From Candidatus Poribacteria bacterium (GTDB lineage Bacteria > Poribacteria > WGA-4E > PCPOR2b), in assembly GCA_965218095.1 (NCBI GenBank), contig OZ244587.1:2368001-2432000 (forward strand): a stretch of DNA of 64,000 nt. The letters run 5' to 3'. The notes beneath the pieces are model-generated. The model saw nothing but the letters and a program-made list of their open reading frames with translations. It had not been told where the DNA came from and made no database searches. A program made the translations under genes and the position numbers. Of this stretch, positions 54,351-64,000 are shown piece after piece; the first letter of the stretch is position 1; each line of letters starts with the position of its first letter.

Positions 54351-56216
54351 TCAGTTCGTTGCTCGTTCCATAATCTCCGTCATCCGAGCGACAAACGCAG
54401 GGGGGTTTTCCATATTCCCGTCAACTAGCAACGCGCCTTCATAAAGCTGTAGAATGCAGTTTTTGATAAGTGTTTCATCGCCTTTGTTCTGGTTGAGTTG
54501 AGCGAGATTTCTTATCAACGGATGGGAGGGGTTGATCTCCAGGATGCGTTTGGATCCAGTGAAATCCTGATTCATCATTTTCATCATCCGCTCCATATGG
54601 GTATCCATGCCGCTCGCTCCGACGACCAAGCTTGCCGCCGAATCGACCAACCTTTTGGATGCGACCACATCCTCAACCTTATCGCCGAGCGTTTCCTTGA
54701 AAACGGTAATTAACGGTTTGGTCTCGTCCTCGGTCAGGGCATCCCTCTGGCTCTCGTCATCCGCCTTGAAGTCTATATCCGCCTGTTCGATGCTCTTCAG
54801 CGGCTTTCCGTCATACTCAAGCAGATGGGGCATATTGAACAGATCCGCAGGATCGATGAAGAACAGCACCTCAATCCCTTGCTTTTTGAAGTATTCCAAA
54901 TTCGGATTCCGTTCTACCGCATCTCTGTTATCACCTGACAGGTAATAGATCTCCTTCTGATCTCCCCCCATACCGGCAACATAATCCTTCAAGGAGGTAA
55001 ACTTACCCTTTTCCGTTTTAGTTGATTCAAACCGTAAGAGGTCGATTAGTCGATCTTTGTTGGCAAAATCTGAGCCAACACCTGTCTTAAAGAGCAGACC
55101 GAAGTTCCTGAAGAATTTCCCGTACTTCTCGGGGTCATTTTTCGTCCAATCTTCCAGTAGAGAAAGGATTCTGCCCGTTAAGATCTCCCGGATTTTTATC
55201 ATCACAGGACTCGATTGCGTCACCTCGCGGGAAACATTCAAGGGCAAGTCTTCGGTATCGACCACGCCTGACACAAAGCGAAGGTATTCGGGCAGGAGTT
55301 CTTTGCAATCATCCTGGATAAAGACCCTACTCGAATAGAGGTGCAGCGAGTTCAGATCCTCCTCCCTGAAAAATCGGAGCGGTGGCGTTTCAGGGATAAA
55401 GATCAGGGCTTTGAAGTTCACGCGCCCTTCGAGAGAAAGATGCAGGTGGCCAAGCGGTGGGTTGAAGTCGTTGGAGATGAACTTATAAAACTCATTTCGC
55501 TCTTCTTCCGTCACCTCATTTCTGTTCTTATGCCATACAGCGCTGACAGTATTCACCTGCTTACCATTGACGGAAACTGGGAAATCGACAAAATTGGAGT
55601 ATTTCTGGATAATCTGCTCAACCCGATACGATTCGCTAAACTCCTTTGCTTCATCTTTCAGCTTGAACAAGATCTGGGCGCCCCTTTGTGGCCGTTCAAT
55701 TTCCTTGATGGTGAATTTGCCCTCGCCTGTCGATTGCCATCGGAATCCTTTTGAGTCCGCATCTGCGTGGCGCGTTTCAATCGTGATTTCATTCGTGAGC
55801 ATAAACACGGAATAAAAACCGATACCGAATTGACCGATCAGGTCGGCGTCAAACGATTTGTTTTCTTCCTTCATTTGCTGCAAAAACTCTAGTGTGCCTG
55901 AACTGGCAACCGTGCCGATCCTTTCGGTCAAATCGTTCTTCGTCATGCCGATGCCTGTATCCGTGATCGAGAACGTCTGTGCATTGGAATCAACGGCGAT
56001 GTCGATCCTTAACGGTGCCTCAGGATTCAGGATATTTTTATCCGTCAACTGCCTGAAACGTACTTTGTGCAAGGCATCGGAAGCATTAGAAATCAGTTCA
56101 CGGATGGCGACTTCGGGATGGGTATAGAGCGAATTCACAATGAGATGCAGGAGTTGTTTCATCTCCGCTTTATACTCAAATTCCTGGATTTGTTCGGTGT
56201 TGTTGTTATCAGCCAT
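54351..56216 (-). CDS. htpG: Chaperone HtpG (Hsp90)
   Basis: RELISNASDA, IGQFGIGFYS, LPLNVSRE, LEINPSHP. Confidence 0.97.
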   Translation of the reverse strand: MADNNNTEQIQEFEYKAEMKQLLHLIVNSLYTHPEVAIRELISNASDALHKVRFRQLTDKNILNPEAPLRIDIAVDSNAQTFSITDTGIGMTKNDLTERIGTVASSGTLEFLQQMKEENKSFDADLIGQFGIGFYSVFMLTNEITIETRHADADSKGFRWQSTGEGKFTIKEIERPQRGAQILFKLKDEAKEFSESYRVEQIIQKYSNFVDFPVSVNGKQVNTVSAVWHKNRNEVTEEERNEFYKFISNDFNPPLGHLHLSLEGRVNFKALIFIPETPPLRFFREEDLNSLHLYSSRVFIQDDCKELLPEYLRFVSGVVDTEDLPLNVSREVTQSSPVMIKIREILTGRILSLLEDWTKNDPEKYGKFFRNFGLLFKTGVGSDFANKDRLIDLLRFESTKTEKGKFTSLKDYVAGMGGDQKEIYYLSGDNRDAVERNPNLEYFKKQGIEVLFFIDPADLFNMPHLLEYDGKPLKSIEQADIDFKADDESQRDALTEDETKPLITVFKETLGDKVEDVVASKRLVDSAASLVVGASGMDTHMERMMKMMNQDFTGSKRILEINPSHPLIRNLAQLNQNKGDETLIKNCILQLYEGALLVDGNMENPPAFVARMTEIMERATN

Positions 56217-56352
56217 GATTCAAATTCTCCTTTCTGTCGTAGCTTTGAAGGAAGTAAAAGCGAGATTTCAGTTGATTGTGAGTCTGTTGATCGCATGTGA
56301 ATTTAGCTTCTTGTTGGGATAACTCTTGACGGTAAAGCCAACTTAGGCGATC

Positions 56353-56688
56353 TCAATGGTTTTCTTGCGTACCATCTTTCTCTTCCCACCACTTGATCCA
56401 ATGTGTTTTGACTTGGGGTGGACTGAATGCGCCCGGGTTTGTGATAATCTCGATCCCAGTGATTGCTTGAAGCACAAACCCCCAAGGCAGGTTGTCTATC
56501 TCGTAACGAGCGATGATAAAAGGAATCGCCGGATATCCTAACTTCCGGTATGCGGGGTAGTCGAGATGGTCCTTCATATTTGAACTAAATATGACGCCTT
56601 GACAGTGTTTTTCCCATTCTTTCGTATGGATTTCAAAGACTTCGGTGGTGTTCATGCAAACACAGTCCTCATTTTTCATTGCATACAC
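56353..56688 (-). CDS. Small hypothetical protein (possible immunity-type)
   Basis: 111 aa; PAYRKLG..AIPFI..W.FVLQAITG..WIKWW. Confidence 0.45.
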   Translation of the reverse strand: MYAMKNEDCVCMNTTEVFEIHTKEWEKHCQGVIFSSNMKDHLDYPAYRKLGYPAIPFIIARYEIDNLPWGFVLQAITGIEIITNPGAFSPPQVKTHWIKWWEEKDGTQENH

Positions 56689-57288
56689 CTTTCCATCCAG
56701 GCTTCTGGTGCATCTTTCCAGATGGCGTCAAAGCCCTTGCGAAAGACGCACTATATCCAGGCTCAACGCCCGCAGGTCTTGGGGCTCATGGTCGTGTACG
56801 GGGTCCTTACTAGAGCGCAGGCGCTGCCCTCCATTTTACTACATTCGCAAGTTCGAGTCAATCCTAAAAATTGATAACCTTCAGAACCTCACAGTAGCAC
56901 ACGGGGAAACATGCGCACCCATCGTCGTTGATGATGCGGTAAGTCGTTGACCGCTGTCGTCGGACTTACGCGACTCGTTACGCTATCTGAGGCCGGAATC
57001 ATCACATTTTTAATTAAGCGAACATCGTCTTTAGGTTGTAAAGGGGTCATGATTTGGTCTCCACCTCCGATTCGGTCCTATACTGAGTTCAAGAAAATGC
57101 TATACTTTTCCATGGCGATTTTTCTCAAATTCTTGTCACATCAGGGTTGGGGACTTGTGCCTTTTCAATTCCCAATCCAGTAAAATCAAGGGTCGAGCAA
57201 TGCTCGCCACCAATTTTCGCCAGAGCCCAGAATGTAACAGATTATCAGATAACGGTGATTTTTTCAAGGGCTCATTTTATACCAATCT

Positions 57289-57323
57289 AAACCTTGCGAA
57301 GGTTTGAAACCTCCGCAAGGTTT
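57289..57323. repeat. REP-like doublet palindrome
   Basis: AAACCTTGCGAAGGTTT-G-AAACCTCCGCAAGGTTT, two palindromes in inverted orientation. Confidence 0.65.
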
Positions 57324-57428
57324 TTGTGGCGGATTGATCGAAAATGGGTATTAGCCACTTTTCTGATTGAAAGTTCTGTAAGAACATGATAAGATACTCA
57401 CTATCATTTGGATCTGGGTGGGTTCGCC

Positions 57429-58889
57429 ATGAAAAATATATTAGTGATTGATGATGATGAAAAGATCTGTTGGGCTTTCGAGCAATTTTTAAGGGACGAA
57501 GGCTACCGACCGATTATCGCCAATAATGCGGAGGAAGGCTTGCGGAAGATTCGGTCGGAAGCGCCTGACGTCGTTCTGCTTGACGTGCGACTGCCAGGCA
57601 TGAACGGACTCGAAGCGTTGAAACAGATCAAAGCCCTCCAGCCGGAGGTCATCGTGATCGTGATGACGGCGTATGATAGTGTGGAGACGACTATTCAGGC
57701 AATGCAGTTGCATGCGTTTGATTTTATCCCAAAGCCGATCGATTTGGACAACGTGAAAGCGATTATTGATCGCGCCACACAGATGCAAGTTGAGCGCAGC
57801 AAAATCCCGCGCAGCGGGGTCGTTCGTAGTGAGTTGCCTTCGGTGGACGCTGAACTACCGGCGCAGTCACAGGAACATCGCCTAGTAGGAAAAAGTCCGC
57901 AGATGCAGGAGATTTATAAACTGATTGGGATCATGGCGAGCAACACAATCACGGTGTTTATTGAAGGTGAAAGTGGGACAGGAAAAGAGTTAGTTGCACG
58001 TGCAATCCATTCCAATAGCCTGCGCAAAGACAAACGCTTTGTGACTGTCAATTGTGGTGCGCTTCCCGACGACCTGCTGGAAAGCGAACTCTTCGGATAC
58101 GAGGCGGGTGCGTTCACAGGGGCGAGCGCCAAAGGTAAGCCGGGCAGGTTCGAGCTCGCAGATGGCAGTACGCTGTTTCTCGATGAAGTCAGTAATATGA
58201 GCCCGGCGCTGCAGGTGAAATTACAACGTGCCTTGCAGGAACAAGAAATCGAAAGGCTTGGTGGTACAAGTCCACTCAAAGTGGATGTGCGTATTATTGC
58301 CGCAACAAACCAGGACCTTGCGGAAGCGGTCAGGCTCGGACGATTCCGTGAAGATCTCCACTATCGCTTCAGGCTGCTTTCAATCAATCTCCCACCGCTG
58401 CGTGAGCGAGCAGAGGATATCCCACTGTTGGTCGATCATTTCTTGCAGATGGTCAGCATCGAACTTGGGCAGAATGTTCGGGGCATTTCGAGTCGATGCA
58501 GGGAACTCTTGCAGCAGTACGATTGGCTGGGAAATGTACGAGAATTGGAGAACACAATCAAAAGCGCCGCGGTGCTATCGCGAGCGGACGTCATCCTGCC
58601 GGAACACCTCCCGCCCGAGATCCTCAATTACAAAGGCAGAAGGCAATCGGCCCAATCCCGCTTGGAGATGGCGCTTGAATCGATGCTGAAAGAAACTGTC
58701 AAGGCCGCTGTAGCGCAAGACCACGGTTCATTATACGATGAAGTCATCAATGCCGTTGATCGCACACTCATCAAGCTCCTACTTGAAGAGGTCCGAGCCA
58801 ACCAGACAAAATCGGCAAAGCTGCTGGGAATCAGCCGCACAACACTGTTACAAAAGATTAAGAAATTGAGCCTCGAAGTGAACTCGTGA
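57429..58889 (+). CDS. Sigma54-dependent NtrC-family response regulator
   Basis: Receiver domain, GESGTGKE, GAFTGA, Fis-type HTH. Confidence 0.95.
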   Translation: MKNILVIDDDEKICWAFEQFLRDEGYRPIIANNAEEGLRKIRSEAPDVVLLDVRLPGMNGLEALKQIKALQPEVIVIVMTAYDSVETTIQAMQLHAFDFIPKPIDLDNVKAIIDRATQMQVERSKIPRSGVVRSELPSVDAELPAQSQEHRLVGKSPQMQEIYKLIGIMASNTITVFIEGESGTGKELVARAIHSNSLRKDKRFVTVNCGALPDDLLESELFGYEAGAFTGASAKGKPGRFELADGSTLFLDEVSNMSPALQVKLQRALQEQEIERLGGTSPLKVDVRIIAATNQDLAEAVRLGRFREDLHYRFRLLSINLPPLRERAEDIPLLVDHFLQMVSIELGQNVRGISSRCRELLQQYDWLGNVRELENTIKSAAVLSRADVILPEHLPPEILNYKGRRQSAQSRLEMALESMLKETVKAAVAQDHGSLYDEVINAVDRTLIKLLLEEVRANQTKSAKLLGISRTTLLQKIKKLSLEVNS

Positions 58890-58918
58890 AACGTGAATCA
58901 CATTTTACATTTCACGCA

Positions 58919-60424
58919 TCAAAAGTTGTACAATTCTCCGTACTTTGACCGAAGATAGCGGATATACGGTTCAATGTGCAGCGGTCCCCCGGTGACGCGC
59001 TTAATCAGTTCAGGTGCAGTGTATTTGCTGCCGTGCTGGTAGATGTTCTCCTTGAGCCAACCGTGCAATGTGCCAAATTCCCCCGCTTCAATCTCGCTCG
59101 CAATCTCAGGGTGTGCATTCAAACCGGTCTCGAAGAACTGCGCCCCCAAGATATTGCCCAATGTATAGCCTTGGAAACTGCCGCCAATCGTACCGCTATA
59201 CCAGTGAACATCTTGGAGCGCACCGTCCCGATCGTCTGGCGGGACGATGCCAAAATCCGCCTTAAAGCGTTCATACCACGCTTCGGGCAGATCTTTCACG
59301 GCGAGCACCCCTTCAAGCAGATCCAACTCAAAATCGAAACGCAACATGACGTGCAGGTTATAGGTCACTTCATCGGCGTCCGTGCGGATAAGTGAGCGTT
59401 CCACTTTGTTGACCGCCCGATAAAATGTCCCTATCGGTACATTCCCAAGTTGATCAGGGAAGACCGATTGAAGTTTGGGATAGAAGAAGTTCCAGAAGCC
59501 CCGGCTTCGCCCGACGACGTTTTCCCAGAGACGCGATTGACTCTCGTGGACCCCCGACGATGTCCCACCGCCAAGCGGCAGCCCCTCGAAGTCCATGCAA
59601 ATGCCCTGCTCATACAGTGCATGCCCTGCCTCGTGCGTCATACTGAACAGCCCTTCGCTCAGGTCATTTTCCTTCGTGCGGATGGTGATGCGAACATCAC
59701 CGAGCGAAAATTTGGTCATAAACGGGTGGTGAGTTTTATCGTGTCGTCCGCGTTCAAAGTCATAACCGAAGCATTTGATCACGTCGGCGGCAAATGCAAT
59801 CTGCTGCCCTTCGGGAAAAGTTTGGCGCAGACAACTGTCATCAGCAGTCGGTTGAGCGGTAATCGCCCGCATAATCGGTGCCAGTTGTTCGCGTAGTTCG
59901 GCAAAAAGCGGGCGGATGGTCGAGACTTTCATACCCTCGTCGGCAAAGTCGATTAGAGGGTCCGCAACGTGCTCATAGCCGGGAAAGAAATCCGCGAGCC
60001 GTCGGCTCAAGTCAAGCGTCTTTTCGAGGTAAGGCTGCACAGCGGTAAAGTCATTCTCCGATCGGGCTTTCGTCCAGACTTGGTACGATTCAGCCGCGTG
60101 GTTCTGGAATTCCGCCGTGAACGATGGCGGCACCTTTGCAGCTCTCTCGTATTCGCACCGAGTGACGCGAATTAGGCTTGCATCATCTGAGTCGTAGGGC
60201 AGACTCTCCTCATAGCTGCACAACGCATCGAGCAGCTTGCCGATAGACGGATCAGCAAACTTCTCATGCGCGAGGCGACTGAGCGTGGCAATTTGACGAC
60301 CACGGGCAGCTACACCGCCCGGCGGCATGTAGGTAGCCTGATCCCAGTGCAGCAGCGAAGCCGCTGACCCCAAGTCGTTAATTTCAATCAGGCGTATCTT
60401 GAGCTCTTGTAGTTTGGACTCCAA
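58919..60424 (-). CDS. Carboxypeptidase M32 (Taq-like)
   Basis: HPF, HEAGH, HESQSRLWEN, IRTDADE, QDVHW. Confidence 0.95.
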   Translation of the reverse strand: MESKLQELKIRLIEINDLGSAASLLHWDQATYMPPGGVAARGRQIATLSRLAHEKFADPSIGKLLDALCSYEESLPYDSDDASLIRVTRCEYERAAKVPPSFTAEFQNHAAESYQVWTKARSENDFTAVQPYLEKTLDLSRRLADFFPGYEHVADPLIDFADEGMKVSTIRPLFAELREQLAPIMRAITAQPTADDSCLRQTFPEGQQIAFAADVIKCFGYDFERGRHDKTHHPFMTKFSLGDVRITIRTKENDLSEGLFSMTHEAGHALYEQGICMDFEGLPLGGGTSSGVHESQSRLWENVVGRSRGFWNFFYPKLQSVFPDQLGNVPIGTFYRAVNKVERSLIRTDADEVTYNLHVMLRFDFELDLLEGVLAVKDLPEAWYERFKADFGIVPPDDRDGALQDVHWYSGTIGGSFQGYTLGNILGAQFFETGLNAHPEIASEIEAGEFGTLHGWLKENIYQHGSKYTAPELIKRVTGGPLHIEPYIRYLRSKYGELYNF

Positions 60425-60557
60425 AGGTTGTTCCTCCTAAAATCTTGAATATCAACAGGAAGGCGACCAGCAGTTGATTCCTGCGGGTGTGTTCTTCAAC
60501 ATCATCGGCTTGGTTATAAGTCCTGTATCGAGAAGATTGTGGCGGGATAACCGTCCT

Positions 60558-61181
60558 TCACGAGTGTGCACTATGTCCAGCAAGATATGGTCTGAGCTCT
60601 GCCGCTAAAATGCCACCCTGTCGTCGAATCTGCGGCGGTGAAACCGATAGATCTAAAACGGTTGAAGCAATCCGGGTGAACGTCCGTCCACCGTCCAGGA
60701 TCAGGTCAACGAGATCGCCGAGTTGGGCGTATACTTCTTCTGCTGAAGTTGCCGGCGGTTCGTCAGATTTGTTTGCGCTTGTTGTCGCTATCGGCTTGCC
60801 AAAACGTTGGAGAAGCGCCAGCGCCAATGGGTGATTCGGCATGCGCACACCAACCGTCTGCCCACCGGCAGTAATTTCGGGCGGGAGCTCTTTTGCCTCA
60901 ACAATCATAGTCAACCCGCCCGGCCAGAACTTTTCAGCGAGTTGAAAAAAGGGTGGCGTCAAATTTTGGGCGACACGCTCGACATCGCCAATCGATCCAA
61001 CAAGAATCGGAATCGGTTTGTCGATTGGCCTTCCCTTCATCCGATATAACTTACGCACAGCCTCCGGTTGGAATGGCTGGACGCCGATGCCGTACACGGT
61101 ATCGGTCGGGAAAGCAACCACATCGCCACGGTTCAAGAGCGCAACCGCTGGATCAATGAATGAATCGTCGAATGGGTTCAT
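60558..61181 (-). CDS. tsaC: L-threonylcarbamoyladenylate synthase (TsaC/Sua5)
   Basis: FPTDTVYG, KGRP, FWPG, TSAN, STV. Confidence 0.9.
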   Translation of the reverse strand: MNPFDDSFIDPAVALLNRGDVVAFPTDTVYGIGVQPFQPEAVRKLYRMKGRPIDKPIPILVGSIGDVERVAQNLTPPFFQLAEKFWPGGLTMIVEAKELPPEITAGGQTVGVRMPNHPLALALLQRFGKPIATTSANKSDEPPATSAEEVYAQLGDLVDLILDGGRTFTRIASTVLDLSVSPPQIRRQGGILAAELRPYLAGHSAHS

Positions 61182-61266
61182 GACTTGATGAGTTCAGGAG
61201 TTCAAGGGTTCATTATAGTTCAAGGTTTTCAAGGTTTTCCACGTTTTACGCATTACGCTCTACGCC

Positions 61267-62271
61267 TCATACAATTGATCCGGTGGCAGAGGCGTTGAGA
61301 TCTAGCCCGTCCCGAAATCCTTCCTGATACTTGTGATACGCTGCCCCGGCGATCATCGCGCCGTTGTCGGTACAGAGTTGAATCGGCGGATAGTAAACCG
61401 CTGCCCCAATCTCAGCGCCAGCCTCACGCATTGATTGGCGTAATTGGCGATTTGCTGCAACGCCCCCGGTCAACGTGATGGCTCTGGCGTCTTTCGCTGC
61501 TGCGGCTCGGATTGTTTTCTGCACAAGCACCTCCACCACCGCCGCTTGAAAGCTCGCCGCGATGTCCTCGATTGGCGGCAACCTTCCCGACGCTTTCGCT
61601 TTCTCCACGAAATATCTGACGGAGGTTTTGATCCCACTGAAGCTGAACTGATAATTATCCCTGTCAAGCATGGGGCGGGGAAAGTCGATTGCGGTGCTGT
61701 CGCCCTCCTTCGCCAAATCATCAATGATCTTACCGCCGGGAAATCCGAGCCCGAGGTACTGCGCCACCTTGTCATACGCTTCACCGGCAGCGTCATCTTG
61801 CGTCGCGCCGAGAATCTCATACTTCCAGCCCTCCTGAACCTCAACCAAAAGTGTGTGCCCGCCCGAAACAGTGAGGCAAACATGTGGAAAGGGAAGTTCT
61901 TCGTGCGCCATGAAGTTCGCGTAGATGTGCCCCTCAATATGGTTGATTCCCAGAAGTGGAAGGTTGTAGCAGTATGCCAGGGACTTCGCGGCGGCGACGC
62001 CAACGAGGAGTGCGCCGATTAAACCGGGACGGTTTGTCACAGCAATCGCCCCGAGATCGCCGAAGGTGACGTCAGCTTCTTTCATCGCTTGATCGACGAT
62101 GTAATTAATCGATTCGATATGTTTGCGCGAGGCAAGTTCAGGGACAACCCCGCCGTACTTCGCATGCAGGTTGATTTGCGATGATATAATGTTGGATCGG
62201 ATGTTTCTGCCGTCGGCGACGACCGCAGCGGCAGTTTCATCACATGAAGTATCAATGCCAAGAATGTCCAT
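61267..62271 (-). CDS. tsaD: tRNA N6-adenosine threonylcarbamoyltransferase
   Basis: TSCDET, GGVVPELASR, HIEGH, SGGHT, TDNGAMI. Confidence 0.97.
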   Translation of the reverse strand: MDILGIDTSCDETAAAVVADGRNIRSNIISSQINLHAKYGGVVPELASRKHIESINYIVDQAMKEADVTFGDLGAIAVTNRPGLIGALLVGVAAAKSLAYCYNLPLLGINHIEGHIYANFMAHEELPFPHVCLTVSGGHTLLVEVQEGWKYEILGATQDDAAGEAYDKVAQYLGLGFPGGKIIDDLAKEGDSTAIDFPRPMLDRDNYQFSFSGIKTSVRYFVEKAKASGRLPPIEDIAASFQAAVVEVLVQKTIRAAAAKDARAITLTGGVAANRQLRQSMREAGAEIGAAVYYPPIQLCTDNGAMIAGAAYHKYQEGFRDGLDLNASATGSIV

Positions 62272-62298
62272 CTGAACTCCTTCCACGTTTGCTGCTCA

Positions 62299-64000
62299 TC
62301 ATCTGACAAGACCGACTTTCCCAATTTTCCGAACCGTTTCCTCGCCCTGAGTTGCAGAGATAACGTAAATATAGATGCCGCTAGCAAGTGGCTCTCCTCG
62401 GCTATCTTTACCATTCCACTGAAAGAGCTCTTTTTCAATCACATTCTGGCGAATGGCTGCGTAGACCAGATCGTTGGCGATATTAAAGATTTCGAGCTCC
62501 ACTTTTTCAATTTCAACAATCTTTTCAACTTCAACAGATCGTATGTAATCAAAAGTCACGCTGGTATGTCGTCCTGCACGAAAGGGATTAGGGAAAGCAC
62601 GAATTTTGGACAATTTTAATGTGCCAGATTCAGCCTCAACAGCGTTGACAGCCAGAAGATATGAATCAACATCGCTAAAACCAGATTGGGCTTCAACTGA
62701 AATGTAAAGCGTACCCGTCTGCTCCGGCCGAAAAACGATCCGATGTTCGGTGAGTCCAATCCTTTCCCCATCGGCAATCTGCCGATCGCTTGCATCACGC
62801 AGCGACATTTGGTAATCGACCGTTTCGGGAATATCCGCTAGGGTAATTACGATTGCTTCCCCCCGTATCGCACCGAATTGGTAAAGATCACGCACATCCT
62901 TCTCATCGAAAATGAAGGATTCGTAGGTCTGGTTGAACTCAATGCGGAAGGCAGTCTCCAGATCGTTGTTTGGTTCATACGTATCCCCAAACGAAACGGA
63001 AATCAGCATCGTCTGCCCCTCAAACCCGATGTTCGTGATGGCGATTGTCGAAACCGTCCCATCGTTTGCATTGCTGTTGGGGTCGGTCGCGGGGGTAAAA
63101 GATGTTTGGTTGTCATCAGCGGAGTACGCTGCACCATCCGTGATGAAGCGGGTATTGATGAAATCTGGATTGTCCGGATCGATGCCGAAGTGCTCCGAAT
63201 CGCTGGGATCTTCGAGCCAGATCTGCTCTGCCGCGTTAACAAACCCAGGGGGACGCACCTCCGTTTCATCAATGTGCCAGATGAGAATACCAGATTCGGG
63301 CAAATGGGTATCATACACCGCGCCCGAATCCCGGTAGCGGTTTTCAATGAGAAAAAACTCGATACCATTCCCAAACTCGTCAACCTTTTCAGGAATGTCG
63401 ATTTTGAAAAGCTTATCCTTGCCTGGCAGCAGCTCAAAACTTGGGATGGACAAATTTGGGACATTCTCTTTAATCTCAAAGGGTTTAATCCAACCCAATC
63501 GTCCGTTTTCAGGACGAGCATCGAAATCCCATTTCAGGTAGCCGATTATATGACTCGGTTGTAAACCGTTTCCAACCCCATCGACGATTTCCCCCTGATA
63601 GGGACCAAATGCGCCCATCAACCCCCACTTGTGGTCACGGGGATCGGCGCCCCCGGTTCCATATACGTCGGGAGCGCCGAAATCGTGAAAAAACTCGTGA
63701 AAGTAGATGCCGAGATGTGGGTTATCAAAACTCGGCTCTTCGGCGGCAACAACGGCGGTACTCACGCGCACACCGTCGAATTCTCTGTTGATATTATTCG
63801 TCAAGATCGACCAGATATCATCATGCTGTAAGGTCAATGCCTCGTCATCCCCTGCATGGATGACAAAAACGTGATCCACCACCCCATCTTTGTCGCGATC
63901 ATACGCCGAGAAATCAACAATGTCATCAACCGCTGCACACGCCTCACGAACGAGTTCTCGGTAACGTCTGAGGTCGGTCCGCCCCTCACCATAATATACC
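62299..64000 (-). CDS. M6 (immune inhibitor A-like) metalloprotease with PPC and FlgD/CTD-like C-terminal domains, 5' partial
   Basis: DGVVDHVFVIHAG, HEFFHDFGAPD, FLIENR, DTYEPNN, FPNPF...WNGKD..G..LASGIYIY; runs off the window end. Confidence 0.85.
   Translation of the reverse strand, partial: VYYGEGRTDLRRYRELVREACAAVDDIVDFSAYDRDKDGVVDHVFVIHAGDDEALTLQHDDIWSILTNNINREFDGVRVSTAVVAAEEPSFDNPHLGIYFHEFFHDFGAPDVYGTGGADPRDHKWGLMGAFGPYQGEIVDGVGNGLQPSHIIGYLKWDFDARPENGRLGWIKPFEIKENVPNLSIPSFELLPGKDKLFKIDIPEKVDEFGNGIEFFLIENRYRDSGAVYDTHLPESGILIWHIDETEVRPPGFVNAAEQIWLEDPSDSEHFGIDPDNPDFINTRFITDGAAYSADDNQTSFTPATDPNSNANDGTVSTIAITNIGFEGQTMLISVSFGDTYEPNNDLETAFRIEFNQTYESFIFDEKDVRDLYQFGAIRGEAIVITLADIPETVDYQMSLRDASDRQIADGERIGLTEHRIVFRPEQTGTLYISVEAQSGFSDVDSYLLAVNAVEAESGTLKLSKIRAFPNPFRAGRHTSVTFDYIRSVEVEKIVEIEKVELEIFNIANDLVYAAIRQNVIEKELFQWNGKDSRGEPLASGIYIYVISATQGEETVRKIGKVGLVR

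Noticed and set aside
1-64000. CRISPR array, tRNA or rRNA genes
   Set aside because: No regularly spaced repeat-spacer units or recognisable structural RNA genes found by eye

Overview
Bacterial chromosomal window of about 50% GC. The gene repertoire (many enolase, AKR, PhyH, DUF1080 and propeller enzymes) and repeat style look Poribacteria-like, which is inference only. Housekeeping genes (purH, purE, menG/ubiE, sppA, pdxH, leuB, htpG, tsaC, tsaD) are mixed with catabolic enzymes and many pseudogenes. The accessory content is defence-rich: (1) a decayed HEPN + P-loop ATPase operon (1.3-3.5 kb); (2) a four-gene Druantia-like operon whose ~1789-aa DEAD/DUF1998 helicase is split by an IS (31.2-42.5 kb); (3) an integrase-less cassette array with two related attC-like sites flanking a single-chain DarT-DarG fusion (44.1-46.0 kb). 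Two near-identical 1109-bp IS copies have 14-bp IRs and 8-bp TTAACT-ending target duplications. A ~180-nt structured, GGA-rich, promoter- and terminator-bounded non-coding element lies at 25.25-25.46 kb. Several dispersed micro-repeat families occur, including a short hairpin that appears to insert into other elements. All family assignments come from motif recognition by eye, with no database searches.
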